Below, piece after piece: positions 61,514 to 64,000 of a stretch of 64,000 nucleotides of DNA. Every line of letters begins with the position of its first letter. Position 1 is the stretch's first letter. The stretch spans positions 172,439 to 236,438 of the forward strand of contig JAFDZT010000002.1 of NCBI GenBank assembly GCA_018266735.1, written 5' to 3'. This DNA is from Bacteroidota bacterium. Its GTDB lineage: Bacteria > Bacteroidota > Ignavibacteria > Kapaibacteriales > Kapaibacteriaceae. A model generated the notes under the pieces. That model saw only the letters and a program-made list of their open reading frames with translations, searched no databases and was not told the origin of the DNA. The translations under genes were made by a program, and so were the position numbers.

Positions 61514-64000
61514 GAGTCTGCATGATGCATCGGATCCTCTCCCTCGCCGCCTTCATTGCTCTTTCCTGCACGACGTACACTGTTGCACAGGATATCGTCG
61601 TGAGTGAGTACAAGAACGAACCTGATCCCATCGTGTACAACGAGTGGACAGAGATCGTTGTGGTGAAGGACAATATGAACATCGTGGGCTACATCGTGCA
61701 CGACAACAATAGTGCGCAGGACACGAGGCAGGGTGGCGTTCGTTTCAAGGACCTTCCGGTCTTTCGAAATGTTCGCGAGGGTACGATCATCGTGATCAAT
61801 CACCGAGAAATGCCAACCGGTGTACCAACGGATGTAGATCCCAGCGACGGCTACATGGAGATAGCAGCGCGGAATCAAACCTATTTCGACCCCGTCCTGT
61901 TCAGTGGCGGTACGTGGGAGCTTAGCGCTTTGAACATTGCACAAGATGGAGATTACATCGAAGTGCTCCGACCGGACTCCGTCCATGTGCATGGTCTCGG
62001 TCATCGGTTCATCCCAGGATCGTCCTATGATGCAAGTGCACGTCCAAAGGTCAACCACAAGGTCAGCACCCTGAACAACAACAATTCTGCGTCTGTTGTT
62101 GGGAGAAGCATCGCTGCGTATGATGCGGGTGTCGGGACTGACTCGACAAGTATGAATCTGGACGCTGGCGGGGCTTCCTCGCGTGTGACGAAAGGTCTTC
62201 CGAACAAGATCGAGCCGGCCAAAGAGGCTGGAGGCATGGTGAATCGCAATCACTTATTGTGGCGCGAGTGGCGCGAGCCGGAATGGAGCGGACCGCCTGC
62301 TGTGACGATCGTTTCGCAGACAGCAACAAAGCATGTGATCTCGTGGACGCCGCTTGTCGATACGTATCCGCAAGACAGTCTCACGGGAGTGATGATCCTG
62401 CGTGACACGACAGACTTTGCCGGGTTCACGAACAGCAACATTCTCGACGGAACGATCTATACGGTGGGACAACGCATTGGAGCGAACGGACCGTTTGTGA
62501 TCGCCGTACAACCGAATGCAGCGGGAAATCAGTACGCGGATTCATCGAACATTGTGTGTGGCGGACAGTACACGTATCGCGTCGTCCCGTATCGCTACAA
62601 ACACGATGTCCGACTTGGAACGGTCACAACGGAGATGGCGCGCGGCAGACAATACAACGAAGGGCAAGTGGCCAGCAGTGCGCGCATCACGAAGAGTCAG
62701 CCGTCGAAGCCCGTGATCAGTGCGTCGACGCTACAGATCTGTCCGGGTGATACCGTGGTGCTTTCCACCACGGCCGTTGCGGAATCGTATGAGTGGACGT
62801 TGAACGGTCAGCCCATGCCGCCAACACCAACGCCTACTCGCATTGTTGTAAGCGAGGCGGGATCATACAAGCTCACGATCAAGGCAAGCGGCGGATGCAC
62901 AGCAGAGTCCGACGTGGTGACGATCACCTACTTGCCGGCATCCGTCATCAACGTCACACCATCCACGCCTCAAAAGATCTGCGCCGGTGGATCGGTGGTG
63001 ATCACGGCCGATCGTGATGCACCTGCATTCCAGTGGCTTCGCGACGGAGTGACGATCGCAGGGGCCAGCGGGAAGAGCTATACGGTCACGCAAGCGGGGA
63101 GTTATCAAGTGCGCACGGCGTCGGCCACCGGATGTCCGGCCGTTTCACCACTTGTTCGCGTGTCGCTCTACGACGTTCGCGTCAGTGCTACTCCGTCTTC
63201 GTTGGACTTCGGCGCATTGGATGAATGCGAGACAAGTAAGACGTTGTCGTTTGACCTGACGAACAATGGCAGCGAAACGGTGATCATGTCGTCTGCCTCT
63301 TTCCCTGACGGATACGCACTCTCCGACCCGCCTCCCGGTTTCACGCTCGTTCCCGGACAGCGTCAAATCGTACGGATCCGATTCACTCCCACAAAGGCAG
63401 GTGGATCGACCGGCAATGCCGTGTTCACCATTCAGCCTTGCGATCAGAAAGTGTTGGTACGCGTGACGGGCACCAAGACCAAGTCGTCCATTGCCGTCGA
63501 TCGTGCAGGCATCGACTTTGGCACGTACGTGGCCTGCGGTGCCGTTTCGACATTGCGAGTGGACTCCACGTTCACCATCACGAACAGCGGCTCGGTGGAC
63601 GTCACGGTGAAGGCACCGGCACTTACTCCGCCCTTTTATCTGCTCACACAGGACTTCCCTGTGGTGCTCACGCCCAATACGAGCAAGTCGATCACCGTGC
63701 AATACCGTCCACTCGGCGCCTTCTCGAACAGCGCTGTGATCCAAGAGATCGCCTTCCCCTTCTCGTCCTCAACATGCACCGACACGTTGCGCTCGGGACT
63801 CGTGGCAGCAACGTTCCAACCGGCTGTTGCACTCGCATCAGACACGTTGCAGCTCCCGCAATTGCTCAGTTGTAAGAACACGTTCGACACGACCATCACC
63901 GTTCAGAACACCGGGAACGTGAATGTCGTCGTCCGCTCCGCCGACGCCAACGTTGTCTTCGCAGGTGGACCTGTGGCCGTCGACGCAGGAACGTCGCAGG
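61514..64000 (+). CDS. Second large secreted surface protein, 3'-truncated by the window end (more than 828 aa). It has a signal peptide, a possible lamin-tail-like N-terminal domain, Ig-like modules and choice-of-anchor-D (ASH-like) domains.
   Basis: An open frame from ATGATGCAT (MMHRILSLAAFIALSCTTYTVAQD…) runs to the window end with no stop. It is absent from the ORF track because it has no in-window stop. Domains like DFGALDECETSKTLSFDLTNNGSETVIMSSASF and IDFGTYVACGAVSTLRVDSTFTITNSGSVDVTV match the choice-of-anchor-D pattern. The start coordinate is uncertain by 1-3 nt. Confidence 0.65.

Noticed and set aside
60584-62253. Minus-strand ORFs (306 aa, 255 aa) across the end of the 1341-aa surface protein gene and the start of the next surface protein gene.
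   Set aside because: Antisense to long, clearly coding, signal-peptide Ig-repeat genes. The plus-strand gene from about 61514 is real but absent from the track only because it has no in-window stop.

Overview
This is a 64 kb chromosomal window from a high-GC bacterium. By eye it is above 60% GC almost everywhere, with GC3-rich codons and many long antisense ORFs that are not genes. Several features point to the Bacteroidota/FCB lineage, possibly a high-GC member such as a Rhodothermaeota- or Ignavibacteria-like organism; this is inference, not a search result. Those features are three proteins with T9SS type-A C-terminal sorting domains, a DUF4292 gene paired with an LptD-like gene, lipoprotein and signal-peptide styles, and a cluster of TPR proteins.

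Most of the window is densely packed, operon-like housekeeping genes: methylmalonyl-CoA mutase with ppx, rpmB, uvrA, an FNR-type reductase, sucC, kdsC, prmA, mfd, tsaB, purB, ftsY, pgsA, rnhB, folE, queD, glmS, meaB, an M24 peptidase and pepF. Many of these have 4-nt ATGA stop/start overlaps with their neighbours.

The parts that stand out are listed below.
- A clearly AT-rich island at the 5' end (about 1-2800). It carries a signal-peptide protein, a degenerate IS3-family element whose transposase has a frameshift and an in-frame nonsense codon, and a hypothetical gene that abuts the IS end.
- A minus-strand cluster (8846-11979) of two secreted TPR proteins around a CPBP/CAAX-type intramembrane protease, a small polytopic membrane protein, and an orphan HicB/UPF0150-like small protein with no HicA.
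- A four-gene minus-strand operon (32432-37708) of secreted, Gly/Thr-rich, tail-fibre-like repeat proteins. Two of them share a C-terminal motif. The operon sits directly downstream of a short-tandem-repeat tract (37796-37890) and is the best candidate for an undescribed surface fibre or adhesin system.
- A signal-peptide FG-GAP/VCBS beta-propeller protein with an N-terminal CxxCH haem-binding motif, translationally coupled to purB.
- A voltage-sensor K+ channel gene that lacks S1 because the neighbouring gene's terminator abuts its GTG start.
- Giant Ig-like/choice-of-anchor-D T9SS cargo proteins at the 3' end. The last one (from about 61514) runs off the window, so it is absent from the ORF track.

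No rRNA, tRNA or CRISPR arrays were seen. Coordinates derived by hand-counting may be off by 1-2 nt.
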